DNA from: Paraphysomonas bandaiensis
Taxonomy: Eukaryota; Protista; Chrysophyceae
Assembly (NCBI GenBank): GCA_965644295.1
Contig: CBFFRP010000196.1
Coordinates: 1 to 64,000 of the forward strand
Direction of reading: 5' to 3'
DNA: 64,000 nt
Position 1 is the first letter of the stretch. Each line of letters begins with the position of its first letter. The notes under the pieces are model-generated. The model saw only the letters and a program-made list of their open reading frames with translations. It was not told the origin of the DNA and ran no database searches. Both the position numbers and the translations under genes were made by a program. Below, one piece after another: positions 51,554-64,000 of the stretch.

Positions 51554-52647
51554 TTACACCTCACACTTCTTAGTAACAGGAATGTGAGTTGCATTCACAG
51601 CTTTAAAGCAGCTGGCTGGGGTGGGTCCGGTATAGGACTTGCAAATTGAAGGGAGAAGCATGAGGTCTGGCTGCGATAGCACGCGACCATCGACGAGTAC
51701 CCAAGGGACGTAGTCGTGACTGGGGGTTGCGTCCCGCCCGGCGCTTTGCACAGTGGAATACTCCTGGTCCGCACAGGTTGCTACAGTCTCCCAGTCCAGA
51801 CCCGAGCCTGCCATAGATGACTTGAAGCACTCCTCAGCCATAGCGGGGGAACCCTCCGCCTCTTCCATACATAATATAAATGGCCAAGCTGCATATGCAG
51901 TGTTCCCAGAGGAAATAGACTCTATCTCCCCACTGTAATATATACATAACAAAGAGAATATAAGTATCAGTTGAGTGTGACTATACCTGAGTTTGTAGAG
52001 CGTACATAGTTCATATGCATCCGTTGTACATTCATCAGGACCATGTTGACATGTGAAATCACCATTCGACTCTTGTTTGGTGTTCCCCTATAGACAAATG
52101 AGAATCAAACTACAACTAACACTATAAGATCATACATATGGAACAATCTTCATGTCCGTTATATCACGTATATCGTCCATAGCAAGTACATCCTTTAGTG
52201 CCCCTATACAAAAAAAATATTTAAAACCCTTAATATTATACACTATAGAAAACACATACCTGTCGTAAACTCTTGGCATCCTGGACATAATGCTTCAAAA
52301 TACACTTCCAATTTCACATTCGGATACTCAGTTTCTTTAGTAGCATATGAGGCACCTTCAGTCCATAGTTCCATGTTTTTGTATATAGGATCATTCTGTA
52401 TGTAGTTTGTATAGCCGTATTGTGTACATGTACCACACTCCCATGTAACACCATCTGGTAGTAGTGGGTCAGTGTTATAACAGAATACAGCGTTCTTTAC
52501 ATCCCCTTGATAACATGGAAAATTAGAATGGAGAGGAGGGAGGAGTGAGCATGTATCTTCACAGCCTTGACAGACATCTGTAGAGATGACTGAGGTACTT
52601 GCTGTGAAGGTTATGATAGATGATAGAGTAACAAGGCGAGAGATCAT
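51554..52647 (-). CDS. Gamma-interferon-inducible lysosomal thiol reductase (GILT) family protein, multi-exon
   Basis: Signal peptide, VYFEALCPGCQEF (CxxC), VP-YGNT across an intron, FTCQHGPDEC signature at about 52030-52060, and YVPWVLVDG. Confidence 0.9.
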
Positions 52648-52702
52648 TCGAGTTGTGGGTTATGGAGTGATGTGGTATATTAATGAATATGTGAATATAT
52701 GT

Positions 52703-53255
52703 GTATGTATGTATGTATGTATGTATGTATGTATGTATGTATGTATGTATGTATGTATGTATGTATGTATGTATGTATGTATGTATGTATGTATGTATGT
52801 ATGTATGTATGTATGTATGTATGTATGTATGTATGTATGTATGTATGTATGTATGTATGTATGTATGTATGTATGTATGTATGTATGTATGTATGTATGT
52901 ATGTATGCATGTATGTATGTATGTATGTATGTATGTATGTATGTAGGTATGTATGTATGTATGTATGTATGTATGTATGTATGCATGTATGTATGTAGGT
53001 AGGTAGGTAGGTAGGTACGTAGGTAGGTATGTATGTAGGTAGGTAGGTATGTATGTATGTATGTATGTATGTATGTATGTATGTATGTATGTATGTATGT
53101 ATGTATGTATGTATGTATGTATGTATGTATGTATGTATGTATGTATGTATGTATGTATGTATGTATGTATGTATGTATGTATGTATATATATGTAGGTAG
53201 GTAGGTAGGTACAGTAGGTAGAATATACGTACGTATGTGTATGTATGTGTATGTA
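52703..53255 (+). repeat. (TATG)n microsatellite with TAGG variants
   Basis: Directly visible, immediately upstream of the GILT start codon. Confidence 0.98.
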
Positions 53256-53644
53256 CCTGCTGCCGACTTTCCCAGACAGAAAGAAGAAAAAAAAACATGT
53301 TGCTTGTATGAGGATACTCTTCTGATGTAGGTACAGGCAGTGTATCTATTGCATAGTCTCTTAAATGAGTTGATGAGCAAACACTTTAAAGAATATCAAA
53401 GATGCTTCTTTGAAAAGGATTGAACCCCCACCTCTCTCCGTAATACTGATGCACTCCAACTATAGTGTAGTCATGTATATTCTGCATTTCATTGCTTCAT
53501 AGAATGCAGGATGGCTACTAGCGATAGACATCAACAAGCTTCAACTACGCACGTGTAGGAATTGGTTGTAGTTCAATATTCCCACTCAATCATCATAATA
53601 TCAGAATATACTATAATGAACAAGTCTACTTTTAGTGCGATATC

Positions 53645-53930
53645 ATAGTGTGCACATGCTGATAGTGCAGCTTCTCTGACAAAGCTTTAGTCACCACATC
53701 TACTGTGTCATCTCTGCCGTTGGCACATGATTCAGCCTGACAATACAGTCTCCAATTTGCTCTCGAATCCAATGATATTTGGTTTTAATATGCTTGGAAC
53801 GTTTATGGTTTACTGGATTCTGAGCTAGATCAATCGCACTCTTGCTGTCCATATTCAGGATTGTTGGAGACGCATCCTTACTGAGCTCAAATCCACGAGA
53901 AGTCCGAGCTCTATCATAGTCTGAGGCATT
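53645..53930 (-). mobile_element. Ty1/copia retrotransposon RNase H relic
   Basis: Manual translation gives PTILNMDSKSAIDLAQNPVNHKRSKHIKTKYHWIREQI...VRLNHVPTAEM, then a frameshift, then VVTKAL. Confidence 0.85.
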
Positions 53931-54636
53931 TTAATTGTGCTGTTAGAAGAAGCAAGAAGCAGTGAGACATCGCCGAGGACACCAACGTTTACAATATACC
54001 GTTATTTTCGAGGTCGTTCTTCAGTTCTGGGACTTCTACCTTCCCCACTTGTTGAAGATCATATGTCTTTCTTCTTTATTGATAACCATGAGCTGTCATA
54101 GCCGTAATATATTATAGAGCTTAATATGGGATATAATAATTATATAATAATCGACCTATGTTGCACATATAGTATGTACAAACTTAAGCATATACGATAT
54201 TGAGGTCTTAGTGTAAAATGCCCAATAGCTGGTTATTACATATGTATAGTGTAGCTGTTACATTCTCACATTTTGGATCTGTAAGTAATATAAAATGTAT
54301 TAAATGCCTTTAAAAATAATCTTTTCTTGACACCTAACAACATCATTTTAGCTAAACGCATCAAAAACTCAACTTAAATCGATATTTTCAAAATTTTACC
54401 AGGCTTTGACTGTTTGACCAGGTTTGGTCATCATATCGACTTTTTATTATACAGGGTCCTGTGAACGACGCCACTTCAGAACATCTAAGTGCCCCCAATT
54501 GTAGCACAGATTCAAGTGTCGAAAATGGAGGGTCCTGTGAACGAAGCCATCTCAGAACATCCAAGCGTCCTCCCCTAGCAGCAGCAATGCTACTATCTTC
54601 ACTCCATGGACATGGAGGGTCCTGTGAATGACGCCA

Positions 54637-56136
54637 CTACAGAATATCCAAGTGTCCTTCCCTAGCAGCAGCAATGCTACTATCTTCACTCCATGGACAT
54701 GGAGGGTCCTGTGAACGAAGCCATCTCAGAACATCCAAGTGTCCTCCCCTAGCAGCAGCAATGCTACTATCTTCACGCCGTGAACATGGAGGGTCTTGTG
54801 AATGAAGCCATCTCAGAACATCCAAGTGTCCTTCCCTAGCAGCAGCAATGCTACTATCTTCACTCCATGGACATGGAGGGTCCTGTGAACGAAGCCACTT
54901 CAGAATATCCAAGTGTCCTCCCAATGCAGCAGCAATGCAACTATCTTTACTCCATGGACATGGAGGGTCCTGTGAACGAAGCCACTTCAGAATATCCAAG
55001 TGTCCTCCCAATGCAGCAGCAATGCAACTATCTTTACTCCATGGACATGGAGGGTCCTGTGAACGAAGCCACTTCAGAATATCCAAGTGTCCTCCCTTAG
55101 CAGCAGCAATGCAACTATCTTCACTCCATGGACATGGAGGGTACTGTGAACGAAGCCACTTCAGAACGTCCAAGTGTCCTCCCAATGCAGCACTGAGACA
55201 AGTCTCGGCATTCCATAGATATGAAGGGTCGTGTGAACGAAGCCACTTCAGAATATCTAAGTGTCCTCCCTTAGCAGCAGCACTGCAAGTCCATTTACTA
55301 AATGGAAATGGAGGGTCCTGTGAACGAAGCCACTTCAGAATATCTAAGTGTCCTCCCTCAGCAGCAACAATGCAAGTGTCTGAATCCCATGGACATGGAG
55401 GGTACTGTGAACGAAGCCACTTCAGAACGTCTAAGTGTCCTCCCTCAGCAGCAGCACTGCAAGTGCCTGAATCCCATGGACATGGAGGGTCCTGTGAACG
55501 AAGCCACTTCAGAATATCCAAGTGTCCATCCCAAGCAGCAACAACGCAACTATCTTCACTCCATGGACATGGAGGGTCCTGTGAACGAAGCCACTGCAGA
55601 ACATACAAGTGCCCTCCCTGAGCAGCAACAATGCAAGTGTCTGAATCCCATGGACATGGAGGGTCCTGTGAACGAATCCATTGCAAGACATCCAAGTGTC
55701 CTCCCTCAGCAGCAGCAATGCAAGTGTCTGAATCCCATGGACATGGAGGGTCCTGCGAACGAAGCCATCTCAGAATATCCAAATGTCCATCCTTAGCAGC
55801 AGCCCTGCAAGTGTCCTTACTCAGTATGTGTATAGGGTCCTTCATATGTGTGTATAAGTGTATTATTTGCTGTAATCTGCCGTATTGTGCACATGTATTC
55901 ATTAGTTTGATGTATGGACAGCCCATAGACAGAGCCCATGAGACCATTGAGTTGGTCATACAGTAGTGAGATGCATGTGACTCAAGTCTCTCTCTGCTCT
56001 TTTCTCTCGTGCTATCAGCCATATCGTGAAGTCTCTTACAAGTCATCATCACAGGAAGGATAGCTGTGTGTGGGATCATAGAGATGATGATACAAATCAC
56101 ATCATCATTAAGATCAGATAGAGTGATTTCATTCAT
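54637..56136 (-). CDS. F-box-like N-terminus plus 29-aa ankyrin-type repeats (AAxGGHLDVLKWLRSQDPPCPW), prematurely terminated
   Basis: Intronless ORF with LSDLNDDVICIIISMI followed by about 14 repeats of 87 bp. Repeats continue past the TAG at 54637-54639 down to about 54455. Confidence 0.88.
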   Translation of the reverse strand: MNEITLSDLNDDVICIIISMIPHTAILPVMMTCKRLHDMADSTREKSRERLESHASHYCMTNSMVSWALSMGCPYIKLMNTCAQYGRLQQIIHLYTHMKDPIHILSKDTCRAAAKDGHLDILRWLRSQDPPCPWDSDTCIAAAEGGHLDVLQWIRSQDPPCPWDSDTCIVAAQGGHLYVLQWLRSQDPPCPWSEDSCVVAAWDGHLDILKWLRSQDPPCPWDSGTCSAAAEGGHLDVLKWLRSQYPPCPWDSDTCIVAAEGGHLDILKWLRSQDPPFPFSKWTCSAAAKGGHLDILKWLRSHDPSYLWNAETCLSAALGGHLDVLKWLRSQYPPCPWSEDSCIAAAKGGHLDILKWLRSQDPPCPWSKDSCIAAALGGHLDILKWLRSQDPPCPWSKDSCIAAALGGHLDILKWLRSQDPPCPWSEDSSIAAAREGHLDVLRWLHSQDPPCSRREDSSIAAARGGHLDVLRWLRSQDPPCPWSEDSSIAAAREGHLDIL

Positions 56137-56494
56137 AGTTTATATGAGACTACTAGAGAGAGTGTTAATACATACATAGATGATTGTGACGTACATCTAT
56201 ATCTACACATACTGTACATGCATATGATATACATACAGTGCACTTTCAGGAACAACATACTATAAAAACCACATAATTTATACATTTATACTATAAAAAT
56301 CGGGTTTTGTGTCTGAATGACAATATCAGAAAAAACTCCCACAATATAATAAAAACCAGTATTTTAAAATTAATACTACTACTTTTATGCTAAAACCCTC
56401 CACTTTACAGAGTACATCACCAGGCGATATAATGGAAATAATCGTTTTATCATAAAAGTGGTAGTATTTATTTAAAAAACCCTGCTTTTACTAA

Positions 56495-56930
56495 CAGTGG
56501 TGCTGCCATGAGGTGGATACTGGGATGTTTTGATATCTAGATATGGCTTCGTTCATAGGACCCTCCTTCATGTCTATGGGATTCAGACACTTGCAGTAGT
56601 GTGGACACTTGTATATTTTAAAGTATCTTCATTCATAGGACTTTCTCTATTGTCCATATGATGCAAAGTCGATGTGATGATCAAACCTGATGAAGAACAA
56701 TCAACATCTGATGAAAATATTGATTTTAAGTTGAGTTTTGGATGCATTTTACAATAAATGATGATGATGATGATGTTGGCGGTGGTGATGATGATGTTGT
56801 TGTTGTTGGTAAGGTATGAGTGATGTTGTTAGTGCTAAGATAAGATAATTTTTTATAGACATTTAATACATTTTATAGTAGTTACAGATCCAAAATATGA
56901 GAATATAAAGTTACACTCTACATAGTTAGT
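56495..56930 (+). pseudogene. Degenerate inverted copy of the ankyrin gene 3' end and its 3' flank
   Basis: Repeat remnants (tggcttcgttcataggaccctcc...atgggattcagacacttgcagt) are followed by sequence matching the reverse complement of about 54245..54445. Confidence 0.75.
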
Positions 56931-57599
56931 TATATTTAACCATGGGTTATAAGGAGCGCATTCTGATGCATTCTCTATGTCGTACCTGTATGCTCTACGC
57001 GCAATTGATATACATTATGTTCCATTGCCATATTTAATAATAATTAAATCAGATATGACTAACGAGTCTGTAGTAGTTTACTAGTTAGGAAGTAGAAAGA
57101 CACCCTAATGAATGAACACGGTATAGAGCAGGGCTACACCAGCGAAATAAGCAGGTTCAAAGGGTAGTTCATAAAAATAGCGTAGAGTGTGAAAGTTGGA
57201 AAGGTAGTTCGTAAAGTAGTTTATATGGTAGTTCAAAATGTGTTGAAGAGTTCATAAGGTAGTTCATGCCCTTTTGACATAACTCAACGAAAATTCAGTG
57301 CCGAAATCAGCACCACACATTCAAGGGGATCGTTTGCGTCAGCGAAAGACCAACCGCTGCAACAAGTCTACAGATCAGAGTACATCTTATGGGCCAAACA
57401 TGGTCCGTGCTATTGCAAAACACAAACTGTTAGTTGGTAAAAAGAACATTCTCCAAAGCAAGAGAATGGCCAGAAAAGAGTAATGGCCAATATACACAAA
57501 TTAGGTGATGGTGTATATATACATGCGGTGTTAATGCACAGCATGTTCTAAATCATATGACACATGACAAACAATGCATACGTAAAATACATATGAATA

Positions 57600-58110
57600 A
57601 TTTTGATATTGTTATGCATGCTATTAGTTGTAATGATATTGATGAACTAACGAATTCATCAAAAAGTGTACAAGATGCTATCTCAGGTAAACATCAACAG
57701 CAGTGGATCAACACCATAAACAGAGAAATATCCACTCTGCAAAGAAAACGATATGGCCTAATCGTCAGCAGCTCAGGAAGCAGTATGGCTACGCTCTTTA
57801 TATCAGAAATTGGTTTCAAACTTCCATTTTCAACAACAATTTGGTCCGATAATAAAGGTGTACTCCAATTATGTTACAATCTTACCCATCACCGCCGTAC
57901 AAAACATATCGCGATTCGATATCACTCTATTCGAGAACATATTTCCGAAACCTATTGACTGTTGATCACATACCTACCAAGTCAAAGTTAGCCGATCTTC
58001 TTACGAAACCACTAGGAGCAACTATCTTCTTCACATTGCGAACTACATTGATGAGAGGAGCTGGGTTGGACTTCCCATCCAGCAACAACAAAATTAACGT
58101 GAAAATATAA
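57600..58110 (+). mobile_element. Ty1/copia relic: pre-RT linker fused to RNase H with the RT deleted
   Basis: SVQDAISGKHQQQWINTINREISTL is followed almost directly by TIWSDNKGVLQL...HHRRTKHIAIRYHSIRE and, after a frameshift, VDHIPTKSKLADLLTKPL. Confidence 0.85.
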
Positions 58111-58529
58111 AGTCATTGAGTGCTGTTTATATATCTTTGAGGTGGCTTATTCATAATTTTCTGATGGGAGAGGTAGCAGTGACGTGACCACCAAACGCGT
58201 TTCTACGTGGAAATGTGATTTTCTATAACAGGTAACATACTATATTCAGTATAAACGATCTCTTCTCCTATGCGATATTTTACACTTTATGACAGGGTGA
58301 AAGTGACTGTACACTATTATTCCTAGTCACAGAAAAGAAATTTCAGAGGGAGATGAAACTGTACTTGACTTAATTAATTACACAAGGAAACAACTATAAT
58401 CCTCTCATTCATCCACTCTCCGTTGGGGTTCATAAGTTAAGAGTTATATTCCTGGGGGTGTTGGAAAGGAACACAAAAGAATCATATTATTGAGCTATGG
58501 GATATTTCGACATCGTATCTGCCAAATAT

Positions 58530-59114
<585 letters not shown>

Positions 59115-59762
59115 CTTAATATACTTTTCAAATAGGTATGAATAATGTATGAATGAGTGTGTTAATATGGAACAAAAGATGCTTGCAACAGTTTCTTCTT
59201 TTGCATAGATGGCAGTTTTCAAAAAAATGAAATATCTTAAAGAGATTCATTAAGATTTTCATTTTTTTTATTTTGAAAAAAAAATGAGTACCGGTTAGTA
59301 CGTACTTTGATAGGGTGTACAATAACTGTACGATGTACCACAATCATCATGACATACATCTAGAATATGTTACAAATGGAAGGAATGTAGTAATAATTTA
59401 TTACTTCCAATCTTCGAGTTTATTGCCTTAAAATAGCATCTCGAGTGAGGTTATATGGCATCACATACACACATCAGGCATATGAACTGCACCTAAAAGT
59501 AGTATATTTCCAATATATAGATTCTAGCTGGACTAAAAAAACTCCAATTTATACAAAAAAAACTAAATTTTTACGAAAACTTAGATTTATAGACCCCCAA
59601 ATAGCATAACATTTAACTGATATTTACAGTACATACACTACTACTAAGAATTCCTACATACACAACTGCACAGTTGTTTGCATCTACTCGAAGATCATGC
59701 CATGCATTCATATCTCTCTTAACTATCATACCAGTTGACCCTATAGAGGTATATGTAGAATA

Positions 59763-60651
<889 letters not shown>

Positions 60652-61034
60652 ATACTTACGCGATATTGCAGTACTAGAAATAGTTTGCCAATGTAACATG
60701 CAGATGATGTAATGTGGTGGCTACAGTTTCTGATCGCCGCGCGGTGCTACTTTATCATCAGGAACTTGAAATGAAGATAACTGTTGTTATTAAATAATAG
60801 TAATTTTCGACTACTTATAAAAATCAGCATGGAGGAGTGACACTTTTTTAGAGGTATAAAGTTTAGAAAATAGAAATAAATTGTATGTCAATAAAATATA
60901 TCTTTCAGTTCGCTTACCCTTCGTATTCTTATGTATACTGAGGCTAGCGGCACAACTACCAATCAATACTTTGTTAACGTTAAGCAGTAGGATATCAGAG
61001 TTAAGTACTAGTTAGTTATATTGTAATGTTACAT

Positions 61035-61935
61035 TAGTTCTGCCCTCAACAAAGTCGGACTCGCACCTTTTCCTGGTGTTCTGGGGGATAAGTACCGGAG
61101 AGATTCTCTCTGGGAAACTAACGTGAGCCGCAAATATAGTCAGCAGATAATGTTCTGCCCACTCATAGCCGAATGCTTTTGTGGTACAAGGGACACCAAT
61201 AAGTGTCACTTGTGTAGACGTCTTTGGGCCTGACGAATAAACGGGCATCCGAAAATGGGCCCACCACAAGGGCATCCGGGACAGGGCCCACCTGAAGGGT
61301 AACCGTGGTATTGGGCTGCCTGCTGAAGTCAAGCATCCGGGATGTTCACCTCAAGGACTCAGAACGGAGCGAAGCGGTTGCACCTTGGTGCCTGCGGCGA
61401 CGCACAAGCAGCTTTCGTAGCGTTAAATAGTTGGATAATAGAGTTTGTACTGATTAGTTACAGGTAGAAGTCTAACTAGGTTGAGTAGTGAATGTCTGAT
61501 TATTTAGCAATAGGCGTTGAGACCTTGCAGCAATTAGTGGCTAGAAGAATGCTAGTCATACTAGTTAGACCACTACCCGTAACTAATCAATACAAACTCT
61601 TTTATCCTACTATTTAACGCTACGAAAGCTGCTTGTGCGTCGCCGCAAGCACCAAGGTGCAACCACTTCCGTTCAACTAGGTTGACTAGCATTCATCTAG
61701 CTACTAAATCGGTGCAGGCTTTTAACGCCTATTGCTAATAATAAGACTTTCAATATATCATTAGACGAAGCCACTTATTCTCGTTCAACTGCTACCTCTG
61801 GTGGAAATTCGAGTAAGTGGACACTGGAATCGACCCCTCAACAAAGTTGGACTCACACCTTTTCAATAAAATACTTTCAATATATACATTAGTTCTGTCA
61901 CTTAAACGCTCCTTGCTAATGATAAGACATTCACT
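61035..61935. repeat. Family R1 complex: full copy plus inverted and permuted sub-blocks
   Basis: 61370..61470 is repeated in inverted form at 61561..61670, and 61490..61558 at 61684..61755. Start fragments recur at 61835..61890. Confidence 0.85.
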
Positions 61936-62079
61936 ACTATTGTTTTGGTAATGTATAAACTTGATATAGATCCCTACAGAAAAGATTCAAACTATAAAAC
62001 TTCTGTATACGAGTAACTATTTATCAAGCATGCAATCATTGGCAAATGGTTTCCTTCAGTATAATAAATAGATGATCTT

Positions 62080-62612
62080 AGTAATAGTAAAACAATGTTG
62101 CGATTATTAGAGTGTAAAGTGATGAACACAATAAGGTAGAAAAGAGAATAATAATGCAGAACATAACTATCACACAACGGAATAATTTGAAGTGTAACTG
62201 ATAATGACGATCATTATGATGACGATCATGTATCTTCAACAGATACTCTCTCAAATTCAGTTCATGATATATTTCATTGAACATTATAAGTCACAGTTAC
62301 AATCTTGTATTAAGCTGAATTCTAATAAGTTATATTGCTTTCAATGCAGATTTAAGTTTAGTAATAGTAAGTATAATGTTGTGATTATTATTAGAGTGTA
62401 ATGTGATGAACACAGTAATTTAGAATAGTGAATAATAATGCAGAACATAACTATCGCACACAGCGGAATAGTTAGAAGTATAACTGACAATGACGATCGT
62501 TATGATGACGATCAAGTATCCTCAACAGATACAATTATTATTTCAGTTCATGATATGCTTCATTGAACATTATATTTCACATATACTATCTTATATTAAG
62601 ATGAATCCTAAT
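62080..62612 (-). repeat. Two tandem copies of family R2
   Basis: 62080..62330 and 62340..62612 each match 16100..16370 in inverted orientation. Confidence 0.85.
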
Positions 62613-63005
62613 AAAATCTTCATGCACATACGCATGTGCGATCAGAAACAGACTTGTTAAAAATGTATGGTAGAAAAGTGGTTCTATTTTCTGGAATGTC
62701 AAGGATGCTTAACAAGGGTTCGCCAATCACTATATATTCTATATATATATACCAGAGGATATTATTCTACTCTTGTGACTACTGCATGTGTTATCCGTAG
62801 AGTTGATGTAGAAAAACATATATGAGAGTAAGTCGCTCTTATTGAAATAAACATTATGCACTATTATTTACTGGTGATTTCTACATCACTTATATTTTAA
62901 AAAATGCTCAGATTAAACCTGTGTAGCACAGTATAAAACAATAACTTCCTGAGCATTTATAGCCTGCTATATCATGTAGCCCTACGAATATAGCCTTTGA
63001 AATAA

Positions 63006-64000
63006 TTAACACTCACTTAGAGAACATTTGTGGCACAACACACATGGTGAAACCACACTGCTGTATGTGTTGGGCATATCGAATGTATACATAAATTTCT
63101 CGTCATCAGAGTATATCCATACACTCTTACTGTGCTCGTGTAAGCATGTAAGATGCAGTTGAAGTTGGATAGAAGGAATTGTGTCATTTTGTGGCCAAGC
63201 ACACTTAAAATAAAAATTTTGTACTTTTGCGTCGTAATACCATCCTCTTGTGGAACCACAGCCATCAAGACCAACACTGAAGTCATGTGCTATATCCCGC
63301 AAATTTACTTTGAGATCTAAGGATGGCCATGGCTGACATGGGAGCAAAACGCCTTTCTCAAGTTGATTGTTTACAGGACTTCTATATCGTGGAAAGTTGT
63401 CCACAAATATAGTTGGTAGCAGACCAGCGTCGTACAGTATCGTCGAAATGGGCTCAATATCCCAGTCGAAAGAACACTTCAAACTGAAAGCGTGTCTGGA
63501 GTGTAGCATCTTTGCGCGTTTCATGTGTGTCATTGAAGGCGTCATTACTTGGCCAGCGGTATTAGTAGGAGATTGAGGAAATCGAGAATGGATACTCCCG
63601 TTTCTGCGGAAAGAGAACTCATTACTGGATGTGCTGGAAACGCGAAACTGCTTGCGAAACACTTTATTTTCACACAATACGCGTTCAAAACAGCACCATA
63701 GTCTACATCCCTGAACAAGTTCCTTGGATGCACACACCGTCGAACATAAATCTTCTACAGGGCGTCCCCCAGAGTATAGCTCACAGAGACGCAGGAGTCC
63801 ATACGAGAGTTTCAAGTCGATGTGTTCCATATCCGAAACTGGAGCAGTTTTACATTCAACCGTATGCTGCAAGCCGTCTGTTGGATAATACGTCATCATA
63901 TTAGTACACCGATAGAGTACACTATCCATATTCCATATTATCTTGCGCAACCTTTCGTCCTGAGCATTCCCCTGGGTATATGGAATACAGCAGCAGTCTA
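63006..64000 (-). CDS. 3' part of an uncharacterised protein-coding gene that runs off the window
   Basis: ORF of at least 314 aa. No motif recognised. Confidence 0.5.
   Translation of the reverse strand, partial: DCCCIPYTQGNAQDERLRKIIWNMDSVLYRCTNMMTYYPTDGLQHTVECKTAPVSDMEHIDLKLSYGLLRLCELYSGGRPVEDLCSTVCASKELVQGCRLWCCFERVLCENKVFRKQFRVSSTSSNEFSFRRNGSIHSRFPQSPTNTAGQVMTPSMTHMKRAKMLHSRHAFSLKCSFDWDIEPISTILYDAGLLPTIFVDNFPRYRSPVNNQLEKGVLLPCQPWPSLDLKVNLRDIAHDFSVGLDGCGSTRGWYYDAKVQNFYFKCAWPQNDTIPSIQLQLHLTCLHEHSKSVWIYSDDEKFMYTFDMPNTYSSVVSPCVLCHKCSLSEC

Noticed and set aside
53415-53475. tRNA gene on the minus strand (B-box-like GGTTCAATCC)
   Set aside because: No cloverleaf can be formed. At best a decayed tRNA or SINE relic.
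54637-54639. Stop-codon reassignment suggested by the in-repeat TAG
   Set aside because: Other genes end normally at TAA, TAG or TGA and have no in-frame stops, so a single nonsense change is the simpler explanation.
61225-61262. Hammerhead ribozyme (CTGACGA...GAAA) in R1
   Set aside because: No stem II pairing between the motifs, and GAAA is not conserved in the other two copies.
61035-61430. IscB/TnpB/Fanzor omegaRNA-like resemblance of R1
   Set aside because: Only short motif echoes, and no RuvC or HNH nuclease ORF was recognised in the window.

Overview
Gene-dense, AT-rich eukaryotic nuclear DNA with short GT-AG introns (about 40-150 bp), not prokaryotic. Centrin, alpha-tubulin acetyltransferase and other cilium-type genes suggest a flagellated protist, probably a stramenopile (inference only). 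About 19 protein-coding loci are supportable. They include an FG-GAP membrane protein, a large coiled-coil protein, a TM + CBM-like + twin hydrophobic-W (ChW-like) protein, an IQ/WW/B-box protein head-to-head with a RING/B-box/coiled-coil (TRIM-like) gene, a claudin/amastin-like protein, a TPH-like coiled-coil protein, a sulfotransferase, PLAC8, PPEF phosphatase, GILT, an F-box/ankyrin-repeat gene, centrin and ATAT1. Intergenic DNA is rich in mobile or repeated sequence: a 3-kb foldback element with 1.1-kb near-perfect inverted arms and a target-site duplication, a Crypton-like tyrosine-recombinase-derived element lacking its catalytic domain and followed by a five-unit array, two Ty1/copia relics, MITEs, four interspersed repeat families and two long (ACAT)n microsatellites. 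The best leads are the foldback element, the recombinase-derived element with its array and hairpin end, the bacterial-style CBM/ChW protein, and a recurrent AT-rich 5' zone in most genes. All calls are from reading motifs by eye, with no database searches, so coordinates of repeats are approximate.
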